In this document: piece after piece, positions 1-12,911 of the stretch
Layout of the letters: every line of letters starts with the position of its first letter
Position numbering within the stretch: position 1 is the stretch's first letter
Assembly: GCA_030704615.1 (NCBI GenBank)
Contig: CM060731.1
Coordinates: forward strand, 57,288,001 to 57,352,000
Length of the DNA: 64,000 nt
Reading direction: 5' to 3'
DNA from: Takakia lepidozioides
Lineage: Eukaryota > Plantae > Bryophyta
Made by a program: the position numbers and the translations under genes
The notes under the pieces: generated by a model
What the model saw: only the letters and a program-made list of their open reading frames with translations
Told to the model about the DNA's origin: nothing
Database searches by the model: none

Positions 1-395
1 TTGCATACACGTTGGTTCCCTTCTTTCACCCGTCGTTTGCTCCGATGCAGCACTTGTTTTGTCGCGATATTTCATCGCTGTACAGATTGTTTCCTCCAAT
101 TGCCAAGACTCCTCGCCACGTGCTCCTACTAGACTTGAAAGGCGGGAGAATAGAGAGATTGCAATCTGGGACTGGAACAGTCACCATGTATTGTTTCGAA
201 CAGTGCATGTTGTCATTACTGGTACCGAATTGGCAGCCTAACTCGCTGTCGATGCAGCTCCCTACGGTCATTTTGACGCCAGAGCTCCTCCATGGTTGTC
301 TCAGACATAATCTAAATTCCTACGTGCTTTACCAGCGATTCCCAGATAACTCACAAACTACCCTGCTTTGGCAGTACATTGCCTAAACTGTCTGC

Positions 396-849
396 GTTAA
401 GATCAAAAACGATTTGAAAAGAAATATGTACCAATACATGCATCTACACCTGCCACCCAACAACAGGAGGGTATACTGCATGTGGAAATCAACGAAGGGG
501 ACGACAAAGCCCTGGACACCGATTTCGCATGTGAGTAAGTTGATTTTCTGTTAGCATCCAATTTCTCCCACGAAAATGGCCCCCCCTTTCTCATTCATGG
601 TAGCTAATGCAATTGTGGTACTTTGGATGACAGGATATTATTCCTTTGGTCGACGTCTCTGTTCTTCACAGTGACTTGTGGTGCAGCCCTCCACATTCAT
701 ACATCCTACCCAACTACGCGGAGGCCATTGCTCGTCAACAGAGTTTCATGTTATCTCCCCCATGTGCTCGGAAGCACCTCAGACACCTCGGACCTCAGGT
801 TTACGTCGATGATACTGCACAAGTTTCAGGGGATAGTTCTAGTGACTGA
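396..849 (+). pseudogene. 3' exons of a ParB-MTase accessory gene (MULE-like copy D, fragment)
   Basis: Exon end ...GATTTCGCAT|GTGAGT and next exon AG|GATATT match 63296-63832. Peptide SPPHSYILPNYAEA...VYVDDTAQVSGD matches SPPRTYALPDYAEA...VFIDDSAAVSGD (63578 ORF) and SPVRDYSLPSYAAK...YICDSADES (15698 ORF). Confidence 0.7.
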
Positions 850-1147
850 AATGCCAATTTCATCATTTTTGGGGATCTCGTGATGTTGTGAGTTTCAAAC
901 ATTTTGTGTCCCTCCACAATTTTGTAATAAAATTTGTGCCTGTTCGTGGTAATGTCGTTAAAAGATGGTTTCTCATTTTCATGGCGTGTATGCATTTACA
1001 ACAGTGGCTTCTATGCACTTCATACAGTGAACAGTTATATCCTGGTTTGTAGGCTTTGATTGTAATGTACAGTAAACAGCTGTTTGTTCGAGTCTCTCAT
1101 TCGCATCATTCTGGAAATCTGCATGAGCAAAAGGTTTAAGGTGCAAG

Positions 1148-1547
1148 CCTAGGGGATGATGTATGTATTGACTCTCGGGTCCAGCGCAAGTTCAAGGGCA
1201 GCCTCCTGATGCCTTGCATTGGTTATGGGTCAAACAAGAAGACATGGCACCTAGGGGATGATTTGTGGACTCTCAGGTTGAGAGCAAGTTCAAGGGCAAC
1301 ATCCTGATGCCTAACATTGGTTATGGTTCAAACAAGAAGACAGTGCACCTAGTGGATGATGTATATTGGACTCTCGGTTTCAGCGCAAGTTCAAAGGCGG
1401 GATCCTCATGCCTAACATTGGTTATGGGTCAAACAAGAAGACAAAGGCACCTAGGGGATGATTTGTGGACTCTCGGTTTCAGCGCAAGTTCGAAGGCAAC
1501 ATCCTCATGCCTAACATTGGTTATGGGTCAAACAAGAAAACAAGGCA
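1148..1547 (+). repeat. 4 x ~100-bp tandem repeat derived from an RPL32 segment
   Basis: Units start CCTAG(G/T)GGATGAT at 1148, 1250, 1348 and 1450. Confidence 0.9.
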
Positions 1548-1900
1548 GTCGTATTCATCAATTTCTGTTACACAATGTTGAAAGATCCAGAATTCCTCCT
1601 CATGCACAAACGAGAGCCAAATTGATTTTGTATGTTGTTGTGTAATGGTCCTGATGAAAAACCATGAAAGTTGCAGTGCTCTCGTAAGACACATGAGCAC
1701 ATTTCTACCTCACTGGCAGGGGCAACAAGACGCATTGGACTCCAAACCATGTTTAGCGTGGTCAGGTGGTGCGTTACAGGAAGTATAGTGCTTAAATGGC
1801 TCACAATGTGTCGACGCTGAAGAGGACAGCTAAAGAGGAGCGTGCTTCACACCAGAATGTTGCAGTAAGCATTCGGAAAAAGTCACAGAATGAAAGATCA
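1165..1900 (+). pseudogene. RPL32: 60S ribosomal protein eL32 pseudogene or captured fragment
   Basis: [37 protein letters not shown] and AHNVSTLKR...ERA match the eL32 consensus. Frameshifted and internally amplified. Confidence 0.85.
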
Positions 1901-2189
1901 CTCTCACATCTGCTGTGTTGTCTTATTCTACGTTGCTGTCATCTGTCTATCTTTCCCCAAATGCCAGACATTCATTAAATCTTATCATGTGCTTCATGAG
2001 GGATTTTAGGCACAATTTCTAATGTTTGTGCAAACGACATTGATCGTTGTGCTTGTTTTCATAAATGTTAGAATGACATCCTCGCTCAACATTCATCCAC
2101 TCTATCATCCATTCATGATATTTCATCCACATTCGTCCACAACATTTCATTCCCATTCATCCATACTCGCAGCGTCCCATCCACATCAA

Positions 2190-2696
2190 GGATGAGGATT
2201 ATCAAGACCTGGACTGGTGTCAACAGCTTGTACATGATGAAAGGGGACTGTCCACAAATGGTAATTTTGTAGCCGGATTCAAGTCTTTTTCATTTCTATG
2301 TATTCGATATGCAATCTGCATTGTGTTATGCAGGCATGGTCATATTCACCTTTAGATTTGAGTGCGTCAACGCACTCATTTCTGGCAGTCTGTACCTGCA
2401 GTGGCTCTTCGCCACTTGAAACTCCCGAATGGAGTCTGCTCAATTAGCTTGTTTTTGCATATTAGTTCATATCTGATTCTTGTCTTCTTCCCCGCATACC
2501 CGTTCTTTTTAGGGCATTTGTCTCGTCAGGGTACACCCTCCTTCCACTCCTGCCTCTAATAGAGGAGTTCAAGCTTCATGCGGGGAGGAGGTGGAGGTTT
2601 CATAAACGAGAAGTTAGATCCTGTTGTTGACGACATGCACTACAACTATGTCGATTCGAACGTGTGTTTGAGAAAATCGAATGGAATGCCTTGGAG
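2190..2696 (+). pseudogene. MTase-domain exons of MULE-like copy C, 5' part (interrupted by copy B)
   Basis: IIKTWTGVNSL aligns with LKKKWTCINTL (A) and VKRKWTCMNAL (B). KLDPVVDDMHYNYV...NGMPW continues as PWRGAQKKS at 63092. Confidence 0.8.
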
Positions 2697-3589
2697 GGTC
2701 TGTATTTTCTATGAGCAATGAGAACATTTAAGCATGAGAAGATGCAAAATTAAACATGAGCAGAGCATATACTAGGGAATATTCCCAAATTCCAGTCCCG
2801 CTGTAGATGCATTTCTGCATTTTTGACAGTTAAAATATCCAAGATGTCCTCGGATCAGAGGATATTGGAGGTAGGTTCGGGGGTTGTCCTGCATCTGCAA
2901 GTCGGTGTTGACTTCCACAATACTGTGGTCTTCCAAAGAGGTGAGGGGGCTACCACGGAAATAGGTCTTCCTTCTATAACCGCGGTGAAATTTGACCATT
3001 TCATGATGACGGACTGTCCATTTCCCATAAGTCGGCACAGACTTGTGGGGCCCATTTGATGCCTGTAATCTTTAAATGAAAGTTTAATATGTATGTATTT
3101 AATGTTACGAGTTTTTTTATTTTTCACAAGTTCCAGTTGAGAAGTCGGCACAGACTTGTCCGATGCCGCACTGGTATGTACTAAAAGTCTGCACAGACTT
3201 GCCATTTCCTATCCCACTATGGAATGCGCTCGGCATGACTACTGGGCTTCAACCACACCACCTCGGTCAACTTCACAACATAGGAAAATACACAAAATTA
3301 TGGTCTTGCAATGATAAAAGACAAACTGGAAGAACACTCGCAAAAACTCAGAGACCGCTCATCAATAAGTCGGCACAGACTTGCAGAATAGTAGAAGACC
3401 CTTCCCGGCCAGTGGCAATAGACGTATGGAATGGAATTTGCTGGCTTAGAAAACAAGAACAGTGGAACGGAAAGCGGTGGATGCATAACATAAGGCGCTA
3501 TCGTAGGCAAATGCTCCTCATCTTCGCTCGCAGAAGGACACTTCTGATGACGTTATTCCACCCACACGCAAGAATCATGGCGAAGCATT

Positions 3590-4632
3590 GCACTGGCCTC
3601 GTTCATACTCAAAGTAAGGGGCTGTCAGCACAACAGCGGAGACGCCGAAGAAAAATCCAGTAAATGTGCTCCAGCATTTGGCATACATGTCCACAAGGAG
3701 GCAAGAGCCCACATTCGCAAGACGGAAAAGGTTGTCACATTGGTAGTTCCTCGACCGGGGATGGGAAGAGTTTACCTCGCAGCGACATCGCCAATCCGAC
3801 CTTTGTCCTATTAAGAGCTGTATGTTTTTTGCGGTTATATTGCTTGCCCTATCTGCATTTGGGGTAATAGTCCCGATTCTGATGAGCTGCGGGTTGGTGG
3901 GCACGAACGTCCTCCTCCATTTGAAATCGTGGGATATCATCCCTCGAGACCAGACGAAACCCGGCTGCATCCAATGAGTTAACTTCCTCCGAAGTCAAAT
4001 CTGTTCCTGCCATCACAGGCCATACCTGTGGTGGCTCAGGTCTGTCCTTCGCATCTTGGTGGACTCCCCCACGAACACACTGTTGAATGTCTTGAGGACA
4101 AAACCAGAACTCATGCAATTTCGGTTTTGCAAAAACTGGTTGTGGCACATTCCAATGTACTTCGGAGCTAGGAGGCAGACGATTTCGAAGGACGGTTTTG
4201 CTGCTTACATGGCTGCCCGCTGTCAACCCGAATACCCCAACATTGGGCGCATGACAAGTCCGTTGTACTTGCAATATGCCAATTAGCAGTGGACACTGAA
4301 GTCTCCAACACTGGTTTTCCGTACTGTTGTGGAACACCGTTGTAGTCGGGAGGTACCATGTCGTCCTCCTCATCCACGTCCTCCACATGCACTCGGGAGC
4401 CACTTGCACCTGAAGCCCGCCTCGGTCCAGTCCGCAGGTTCATATCAGACCGCCATGAATGCTGATCCTCCTCCTCATCCAGATTGTGGACGAATATCTT
4501 CCTCTTTGTTGTGTGTGAGAAGGTCACCTTCCAAGCCGTCTGCACGGTTATGCAGTGGTGTTCCAACCACAAATGTCTTCAGAGCCTCCACCATTTTCTT
4601 TGGGTCACTTGACCTCGATGCCGCACGCACCA
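3590..4632 (-). pseudogene. copy B transposase, C-terminal part including degenerate SWIM
   Basis: LVRAASRSSDPKK, YGKPVLETSVS, FWFCPQDIQQCV, WPVMAGTDLT and PSCEC...HIYWIFLRRLRC align with the 25357-26778 ORF. Confidence 0.85.
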
Positions 4633-7434
4633 GGGTAGAAGCATGGTACGGGCCATCCAAAAGCGGCAACTTGCAGTCCATAAAAAATGGACATATGAAG
4701 TAGAAAACGCAGCACGCGGGAACGAAGTCGGAAAAAGTTGAATTTATTGTAGCCGTTGATTGTTTTTGTACATCAAGTTATTACCGTCGATTGGAGGTCG
4801 CCTTCATCGGGGGGTGGCTGGAAGATGGCTGGTCGCGTTGGGCTAGACTGAAGCGCGGGGACGACGAGATGCCATGTATGACGCGCGATGCGCAACTAGA
4901 AGCTAGCCAGGACGTACGAGTTGATTGGGATTGGGAATGTGAAGAGATTGGGAAGAGATTGGGAATGTTTGATCACAAAAGTTTGCTTACCATTTTGTAA
5001 GATTTTTAGGGTTTAGCTTGTGATTGTTTCATCAACTCTACGCATGCGTGAAGTTCATTTTCATTTCTGTGTTTCTATGGGCGCGCTTGGGTGGTGGTAG
5101 CAGAGGCAGCGGGCGATGCGAGCAGAGCTTATAAAGTGCAACATTGTGTGTTGCTGCCATAGCAACAGAGGCACGAGGGTAGAGGAGTAGAGGAGAAGCT
5201 TGGGCGGGGGTGCTCGGGTGTGCCATCGCTGGAAAAGCACTTGATTGTTGCCTGACTCTACCCTTGGTAAGTTTCGTTCAAGTTCGTGGCCAGTCGATTT
5301 GGTGTGCGGCATATCTGGAATTAGGTTCCTACAAGCATGAATGTTTCTGTCGTAGCGCCTGGAAAGAGATGGCAGATTGCCATCCAAATGATGATCATGA
5401 CTAGTAACTTTCCCCTTGAACTCTACAAGTACGAGCCACCGCTGCGATCTTTCACGCCTGATTCTATACTTCTTGCATTGTGCATTTGAACACAGGTGGT
5501 TAATTGCCTTTCTTGAATCTTGACAGTGATGCCTGTTTTGTTTATCATTCTCTATGGTGTGTTCCTTGTTGGGTTGGTATTTCTCCATTTTTTTCCCTGC
5601 CCAGAGAAGGATATACTTACGTCTTGTTAGTGAGTCTAGTTGAGCTAATTTTTGGAGCTACCTGCTAGCAATTCATGTTGTAAAACCCTAAAAATTTAGG
5701 CTGCACAGTCATTCATACATGACAGTTTGTATGTGACCATTATGGTGAGGGTACCTGCACAATGATTGATCACAAAAGTCTGCTTACTATTACCTTTGTG
5801 AGGGGCTCACTCCAGTAGTTGGAGCTACCTTGATATAAACAATTGGTTGCATCAATCTGCTGTGTCTAAGCTACCTAGCAATTAGACCCCAACAGGGCCA
5901 GGGCCTTAGGCTCAGAATCGATACTTTGAAAGTTAGTGAACAGAGGTGCAAGCACTATACGGTCCTGAAGAGGGTGGCTCTCTGATGAGAATACCCGGGA
6001 CACTGTTTTAGAAAATAGGTATTGCCTTCAGCGCACCCACACATCGAGCATTGACAATCTCCCTTTCCTGTCTGCATGTGTTATTTGTTCAAGAATTGAC
6101 CCCCCGCCCTGGGGTTAAATTGTAGTTTAATGCTGAGGATAGGTAGGCCTTTCAGCCTAAGGTTCACCCATGTCACAAACTGGAAACAAGTTCAGGGATG
6201 TTTATTCCTAACTTATTTTTGTTCAAGCATTATTCATGCTTCGGACGTGGCTTTAGACACTTCAGCCTCCAAGTGAGCTTCATCCAGCAGGGTCAGTTCT
6301 TCCTGCCCAAACTTCAGGTACTTGAAACATCTCCTTTACATTTTTCTGCCATGACTTCAAACTGTTTAACAGGACGGTCTTGCTTCCAAGAAATAGAGTC
6401 TGTCATCTTAGGGTATTTGGTATTAGGCACTGAGCCCACCATCTGACCTTGACCTAACTCATGACTTTGAGAGCTCGAGGGTGGTGCGCCAAACTCGCCT
6501 TGAACAGCCGCATTAGCTATTGTAGAGCACGCTGACATGCTCTCTTTGAGCACCGAAAGCTGAATGGATTTTAAAGTTTTAGGCATGGTTGGAGTTGCTC
6601 TCCCACACGGCAATGCCTACTCCAAGGTAGGCCAACATGGTCGTTGTAACTTCAGTATTAATCCGTCTGCAGTGGAAACATTTGAGTGAGAATATCCAAA
6701 GTTTGTGTTTAGTTGTTTGATCTGTTTTGTGTATGTTCATCACAGTTACAACTGGAGGAGAACTCCACAGCAAGATATGTGCTGGAAGGGAGCACACAAT
6801 TGTGGCATTTAATGATCATGGGGAGGGATGAGGGGATCTGGCCTAATCTGGCCTACCATGCAGACTTGTGAACTGTTGTCGCTGGCTGGTTTCTAGTGAG
6901 ACTGCATGCCTTTTTTTGTCAAGTTGCATTTGTATATGGCTTGTACCAAATGTGGTCGTTGTTATAAAAGGGACGATATCAGCGAGGCAGGGGAAGAGTA
7001 GCAGATGTAGCATAGGTAGCTGAATGTAAAGTTTGTCACACTGGTAGTGGGTACCAAGTCCAGTCTATTCAAACAGGTGAACAGACCCTTGAGTTTGTGT
7101 CACTTATCTTTGTTGTTATGACTTCAAACTACTCTCCAACAAGCTACCCTTTTTGTGTTATAGAGGGGGGCAAGTGGATCCCATTTTTGGAGACCTGGAC
7201 AATAACCTATTTTCTAGTGTGCAGAAGAAGGGCCCAACAGTGTGATTGTTGATTTCCAAGGAATTTTGAGTGTCTGTGTTGAAAATGTTTGGTTTCTCTT
7301 GCTGCCATGTTAGTCCTTGAAGAATTTACATTTTACTATCCTCTGATTCCATCTGCTTGCCTGCATATGTTGTCGCATTTGTGGGGCTACTATTCAACAA
7401 GTTTCAGCTGTTTGTGTAGCTGATTTGCGGGATG

Positions 7435-8495
7435 TGTTAGAGGACTGTCCGGGACTTAGACACTTATACGGGATCTGTAGAGTACCCTTAATTTTTGCAC
7501 AGACTGAGACCAACAGGAGCCTTAGGGGTGACAGCAGCGCACTGTAGAGGGGGGTTACACAGCCCGTCACAGTCGTCACAGCAGACACAGCCGACACAGC
7601 CAACACAGCCCGTCACAGTCGTCACAGCCGACACAGCCGACACAGCCAACACAGCCCGTCACAGTCGTCACAGCAGACACAGCCCGTCACAGTCGTCACA
7701 ACAGACACAGCCGACACATCCAACACAGCCCGTCACAGTCGTCACAGCAGACACAGCCGACACAACCATACAGCCAGTCACAGCCCGACATAGCCAAACA
7801 CAGTCGCACAGCCAGTCACAGCCCGTCACAATCTCACACAGCCAGTCACAGCTTGACACAGCTGTCACGATCATAGGGAACAAAGAGTAGGACAGGGAAC
7901 GACTGTGGGGAACAACACCTGCGAAGGGAACATGTTAGTTCACAGACGACGGTTAGTGAGGGAAACGGTTAGAACCACGGATAGGAAGATAAAGGGAGAA
8001 ATGGGGAATTTCGGGGGGATATCATTGGGAGGAGGACTTCTTGGTCATGGAGGAGAGGGGATGGGGCAGAGATGAAGAACGGAAGTGAAGATAGAGAGAT
8101 GATGAGTAGATGCTTGTTATATGCAAGGCTGTAATGATCTTGTAGAGCAGATTAGAGACACAATGGCTTCGGCCTGATACCTAATAAATCATAATCAGAT
8201 ACTTTTACGATACACTCACACTGTGTAGAGAGATCTGAGTGAAGCTGTGGAATGAATGGATGAGTTGACGGAATCCAATAGATTGATAAAGCAAACTGAT
8301 ACTTAATTATCAATGGTAAGGTAGTTAACATGAATGCCAAAAGGGAAACAAATAGGAAACACCCCCATGATACCCTAGCTGTAGGTCATGACTGATTGTT
8401 CTGCGCGGGCTGAGTACTTAGAGATTTCCAACTCTTCTATCTTGGAGTTTCCGCCTCGAATAGCGAAGGGATGGATGAGTAAAAGCCGTGCGACA
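7435..8495 (+). repeat. 5' LTR (1061 bp) containing an ACAGCC/GTCACA minisatellite
   Basis: TGTTAGAGG...GTGCGACA, near-identical to 34442-35346. Confidence 0.95.
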
Positions 8496-8497
8496 TT

Positions 8498-8516
8498 TGG
8501 CGACCATACTGGGGAC
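8498..8516 (+). promoter_or_regulatory. primer binding site, probably tRNA-Arg type
   Basis: TGGCGACCATACTGGGGAC lies 2 nt after the LTR and resembles Tat/Ogre TGGCGAC..CTGGGGA PBSs. Confidence 0.75.
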
Positions 8517-8522
8517 CTGAGT

Positions 8523-8981
8523 CATGAACAACCAGATGTGACAGGCATCTGGTGGGATCATGGTGGATGGACCATTAAAGAATTTGAAGTGAATCAAATT
8601 CCCTGTGGAACGAAGGAAGAAAGATTGTCCAAACAATTCTTTCAAAGGTTCTTGGAATTGCCAGACGGTTGTAAAGAAAATATTCTTAAGCGAGTGCATG
8701 ATGCTGATCCGGAATGGGGTCTGGAGAAAGGAGTGATAAAGATTTATCAGGTAGCCTGTAGAGGAAGAGCACGTTGGTTACCAACATTGGTTTATGTGAT
8801 AGCATTGCTATCCATTAAGCGAGTAGAGTTTGAAGGCTGGGAAGAAAGAAAGGTGAATGTTTATACTCATATGCATGAAGAGCTTGTACTGGTAAGAATT
8901 GGATTCCAAAGGATATTTTGTGGATCAAACTCACACCAAGAACAGCTTTTCAGACTTGTTTGCCATATGGTTATATGGTAA
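8523..8981 (+). CDS. extra ORF upstream of gag, unknown function (start uncertain)
   Basis: The 8388-8981 frame stays open for about 150 codons between the PBS and gag. No domain recognised. Confidence 0.35.
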   Translation, partial: HEQPDVTGIWWDHGGWTIKEFEVNQIPCGTKEERLSKQFFQRFLELPDGCKENILKRVHDADPEWGLEKGVIKIYQVACRGRARWLPTLVYVIALLSIKRVEFEGWEERKVNVYTHMHEELVLVRIGFQRIFCGSNSHQEQLFRLVCHMVIW

Positions 8982-9103
8982 CGGAGACTTCAAGTATAGC
9001 CAAGGGTGCATTGAAGCTTGAAAGAAACCCAGGCATATACGAGAGATATTACAGAAGAGAGTTTTGGTTATTGCCACATTAAAAGAAATGAAAGACATGG
9101 GAC

Positions 9104-11050
9104 ATGAGTGATGAAAGAGAAGCTAGACGACAGAGATATTCAGCAAAAAGAGAAAGCTATCTGAAAGCTAATTATCCATATCTTTGGGAGAGAGGAATAG
9201 ACATAGGGGAATCATCTGGACCTCTCACACCATTAAGATCAAAGAGTACATCACCTATACCGGAAGAACTAGAGTTGGATGCCACTCCTTCTGTTTCTTT
9301 GCAAGAAAGATTAAGGGAATTGGTACAGGAAGAAGATCAATCACGAGGTGAAAGATCTGAGGTACATCCTTGGATAAAAGATTTGACAGAAATCTTTGAT
9401 AAGAGTTGGCATGGAACACCAAAAGCAGGAACTCTAGTTTCTGAAGCAGAAGGTGAAGAAGGAGAAGAGGATGTGGCAGAGCCAACGGAGAGTTCAGACT
9501 CTCCAACACCATTACAGTTGAGTTACATGAGTGAAGAAGAAACCCAAGGGCAGAACTTGGAGGATGAAAACAGAGAGAAGAAATTAGAAGAGGAAGAATA
9601 TGAAGAAGTAGACCCAACAGCTGAGGTTGAGACTACAACCAGGACATCCCAACCCGTTGGACCTGGATCAAGTGGAGCACTTGGATCACAGGCCAACGAA
9701 GGTGTCGGCTCAGGGGGATCAGGCGGGCTGCCTGGATCTGGCTCTGGGGGGACAGGGAGTGTGGGAAGTAGTGCAACTAAAGCTGGGAATACTGTGAATA
9801 TCGTGGGGCCAGAAGCAAGGAGTGCTCAAGGGCCACCACTTGGTGGAAGATCCACCACAAAAACAACAGGTCCAGAAGGACCAGCACCAACAAGGGTGCC
9901 AGCACCTGTCAGTGGACTAAGACCAGAGTTGCAAAAGAAAGTGGATATGTTACCCCATAATACAGTGGAGGAGGCATTTGAAACTGCAAACAGAATTGAG
10001 CAATTGGGAATGCGCAGGAGAGAGAAAAAGGAAGATGAGGACTCTGAGGATGAGTCAGATGAAGAAAAAAAAGAGCAAGAACTAAAAAGAAAGAGTAAGA
10101 GAAAGGAGAAGTTGAAGAGGGATAACTATGAAAAAAAATTGGAAGAAATCTTGAAGAAGTATGCCACAGAGGCTGCAACACATTGGAGGAAGGGTGTATG
10201 GTGTGCAAAGTGCCAGAATGAAGGCCATACCACCACAGAATGCCACATAAAGGAGAAACACTGTACTATCTGTAAAATGGATAACCATTCTACTGAGAAT
10301 TGTTACTACAATAGAAGGACAGCTGCAAGAGAACCTAGGCAAGTAAGGGTGCATCAGGTGCAGCCCCAGCCAAGAAGAAACAATGATCAGGACCACTATG
10401 GTAGGTCTGGTGGTTATAACAATGGCATGGAAGGGAGAGGTAATTCAAGAGGGAATTACAAGGAAATTCCAGAGGCAACTATCAGGGTAATCCAAGGGGA
10501 ATTACCAGCCCGGGAATCAGGATTATAGAAATAATCCAAGAACAGACCAAGGGCGAGGACCCAATGGTGAAGAGCTATGTTACTATTGTAATCAGCCAGG
10601 ACATCGCAAGGCAGCCTGTTCATTCTGGATAAGACACCAGAATGAGATGAGAGCTCCTGTGAATGAGGGCCCAGTGGTGGCAGCTCACATGGTTAGGCCA
10701 TGTGTTGTACCAGAAGTAAGTACAATGATAGTAACAAGAAGTTAAAGCCAAACTAATACCTCCAGTAGAAGAGGAAGAAGATGATAATGGAAGTGGCAAT
10801 GATATGCCTGAAGATGAAGAGACTTGGAAAGATGAGAAGGAACTGCACAAGGAAGTGGCAAATACTATAAGGGAAATGCAAAAGAGTACTGATATTCTTG
10901 TGGCAGATTCCTCTGATTCGGATGGAGAAAAAGAAGGGAGTGAGGAAGAAAGGAAGAAAGAAGATGCAGACATGCAAAGTAATGAAGAGACTTTGGCTGA
11001 AGTAATATGCCAGACAAAGCAGAAATTACCATTGGACAGCTATTAGCTGT
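9104..11050 (+). pseudogene. gag: gag with zinc knuckles, frameshifted, capsid core apparently deleted
   Basis: CAKCQNEGHTTTEC, CTICKMDNHSTENC, and CYYCNQPGHRKAAC in a shifted frame near 10577. Confidence 0.85.
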
Positions 11051-11169
11051 GGCACCTTATTGTAGGCACAGGCTGTATCAAGCAATCAATCGAATTGCCC
11101 AAGAGACAGGAAACACAGACCTAAACAACAAGGTGACCAGTTATAATGTGAAGCCGGAAGGGCGAGAAA

Positions 11170-12447
11170 CAGTCATGGACTTTGATGATTCTATGCCAGT
11201 AATCCAATTGAGAATTGGGAAGCACAGAACTAACTGATGTACTGATAGATGGTGGTTCTGGAGTAAATATCATGACAGACCAATTAAAGGAAGAAGCTTG
11301 GTCTAAGTAACATGAAACCAGCCCCATTTACAGTAACAATGGCAGATCAAAGAAGTGTACAGCCATTGGAATTGATAAGAGGAGTTAAGATACAGATACA
11401 GAAGATGATCTTTATGATCACAGTAGTACTGTATTGAAAATGGATGAAGTCATGGAGGCTTACTCCTTATTATTGGGACGTCCGTGGCTGAAACAGGCCA
11501 GGGTATTCCATGACTGGAATTCTCAGTTACTAACCGTGCATAATGGGATACACGAGATACAAATTACCACAAAGAAATCTAGTAGATTACCTGCTACAAG
11601 AAGACCTCGAGGAGTCAGAGAGTATGACTGGAAAGGAGGACTGGATGAGGGCAGGAAGCTACCCTATTTGCTGCACACCCAGAGTGGGAGCAGGTTGCAG
11701 AGATGCGGCTGGAAAGCCTAAGTTGTTTGAGAGGTATCTGCTGTGGTGTAGTGACAGCAACACCAACTGAAGAGGAAACCAGCATTTACCCATTACATTT
11801 CTATGAAGAAAGAGAAGGAGAAATAGAAATCCTAGAAGAACCAGCCACTGTGAGCTTACAGGATGAAGTGGTGACTGGTTGGACAATCACAGCTGATGAG
11901 CAGGTGAGGGAAGTGAATGTGGGAACTAAAGAGGAACTGAGGATGGTGAAAGTAGGAGCTGATTTGGAGCCGGAATTCTTCGAAGAAGCTAAAAGCTTGT
12001 TCATCAATACAGAGATGTATTTGCTTGGAGCTATGAGGATCTAAAAGGGATACCACCTGAAGTCTGTCAGCATAAGATTGAACTGGAACCAGGGTCAGTA
12101 CCAATCAAGCAGGCGAGGTATAGAATGAATCCCAACTACGCACAGAAGGTTGGAGAAGAGATAAGAAGTTGGCTGAGGCTAAGTTTATATACCCAATAGA
12201 GTATACAACTTGGTTTGTCACCCATTGTTATAGTTCCCAAGAAGAATGGCAAACTAAGAGTATGTGTGAACTATAAGAAGCTGAATGCTTGTACGAAGAA
12301 AGATCCTTTCCCTTTGCCATTCACAGAAGCAGTATTAGACACTGTGGCAGGCCATGAGATGTACTCATTCATGGATGGCTTCAGTGGTTATAATCAAGTG
12401 CAAGTGGCAGAAGAAGACCAAGGGAAAACAACTTTCATCACAGACTG
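11170..12447 (+). pseudogene. pol: pol 5' part: aspartic protease and RT N-terminus
   Basis: VLIDGGSGVNIM, LLLGRPWL, SPIVIVPKKNGKLRVCVNY, DGFSGYNQ and KTTFITDW. Multiple frameshifts. Confidence 0.93.
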
Positions 12448-12911
12448 GGGGGGCTGCTATTTCATGAGCCATGAGCCATGAGCGGCATGAGCCATGAGCA
12501 GAGTCGTAAGTGTGGAAAAAAACATGAGCAGCACTATTTTCCGGAAATGAGTGTCCGCGGGAATAGGGTTTAGGGTGCCACGGTCATAGGGGGAGAAGGA
12601 CCTCCCGATGAAGGAGGTTCGGCAATGTTATTTAGAATTATATATTGAAAGGCAATGTTTCGCGAATGGTAGGGTGGTACTGCTCTGTACAATGGGGGCC
12701 CATTTCAGCCTACCAGCCATTTGCAAAATCCACCCACACTCCCAATCCCAAACGAAATGAGCAATGACGCATTCTGGGAACGATGGACACAGAATAGAAT
12801 AAAAAGAGGGCACAATGAGGTTTTTATTGATCCACATGAATTGCATTTGAAGCACGTCTACTGTGCTGATTGTGCCATCAAATCTTGAGCCCTGTGCCTA
12901 CTGAATACAAG

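Noticed and set aside
5195-5270. F-box-like peptide ARVCHRWKS
   Set aside because: Too short and has no supporting ORF.
7394-7890. Repetitive ORFs in the LTRs (also 34496-34757)
   Set aside because: They arise from minisatellite read-through.
12438-12450. Novel 13-bp TSD class
   Set aside because: The G run is ambiguous, and copy B gives 10 bp with the same asymmetric end, which is within the MULE range.
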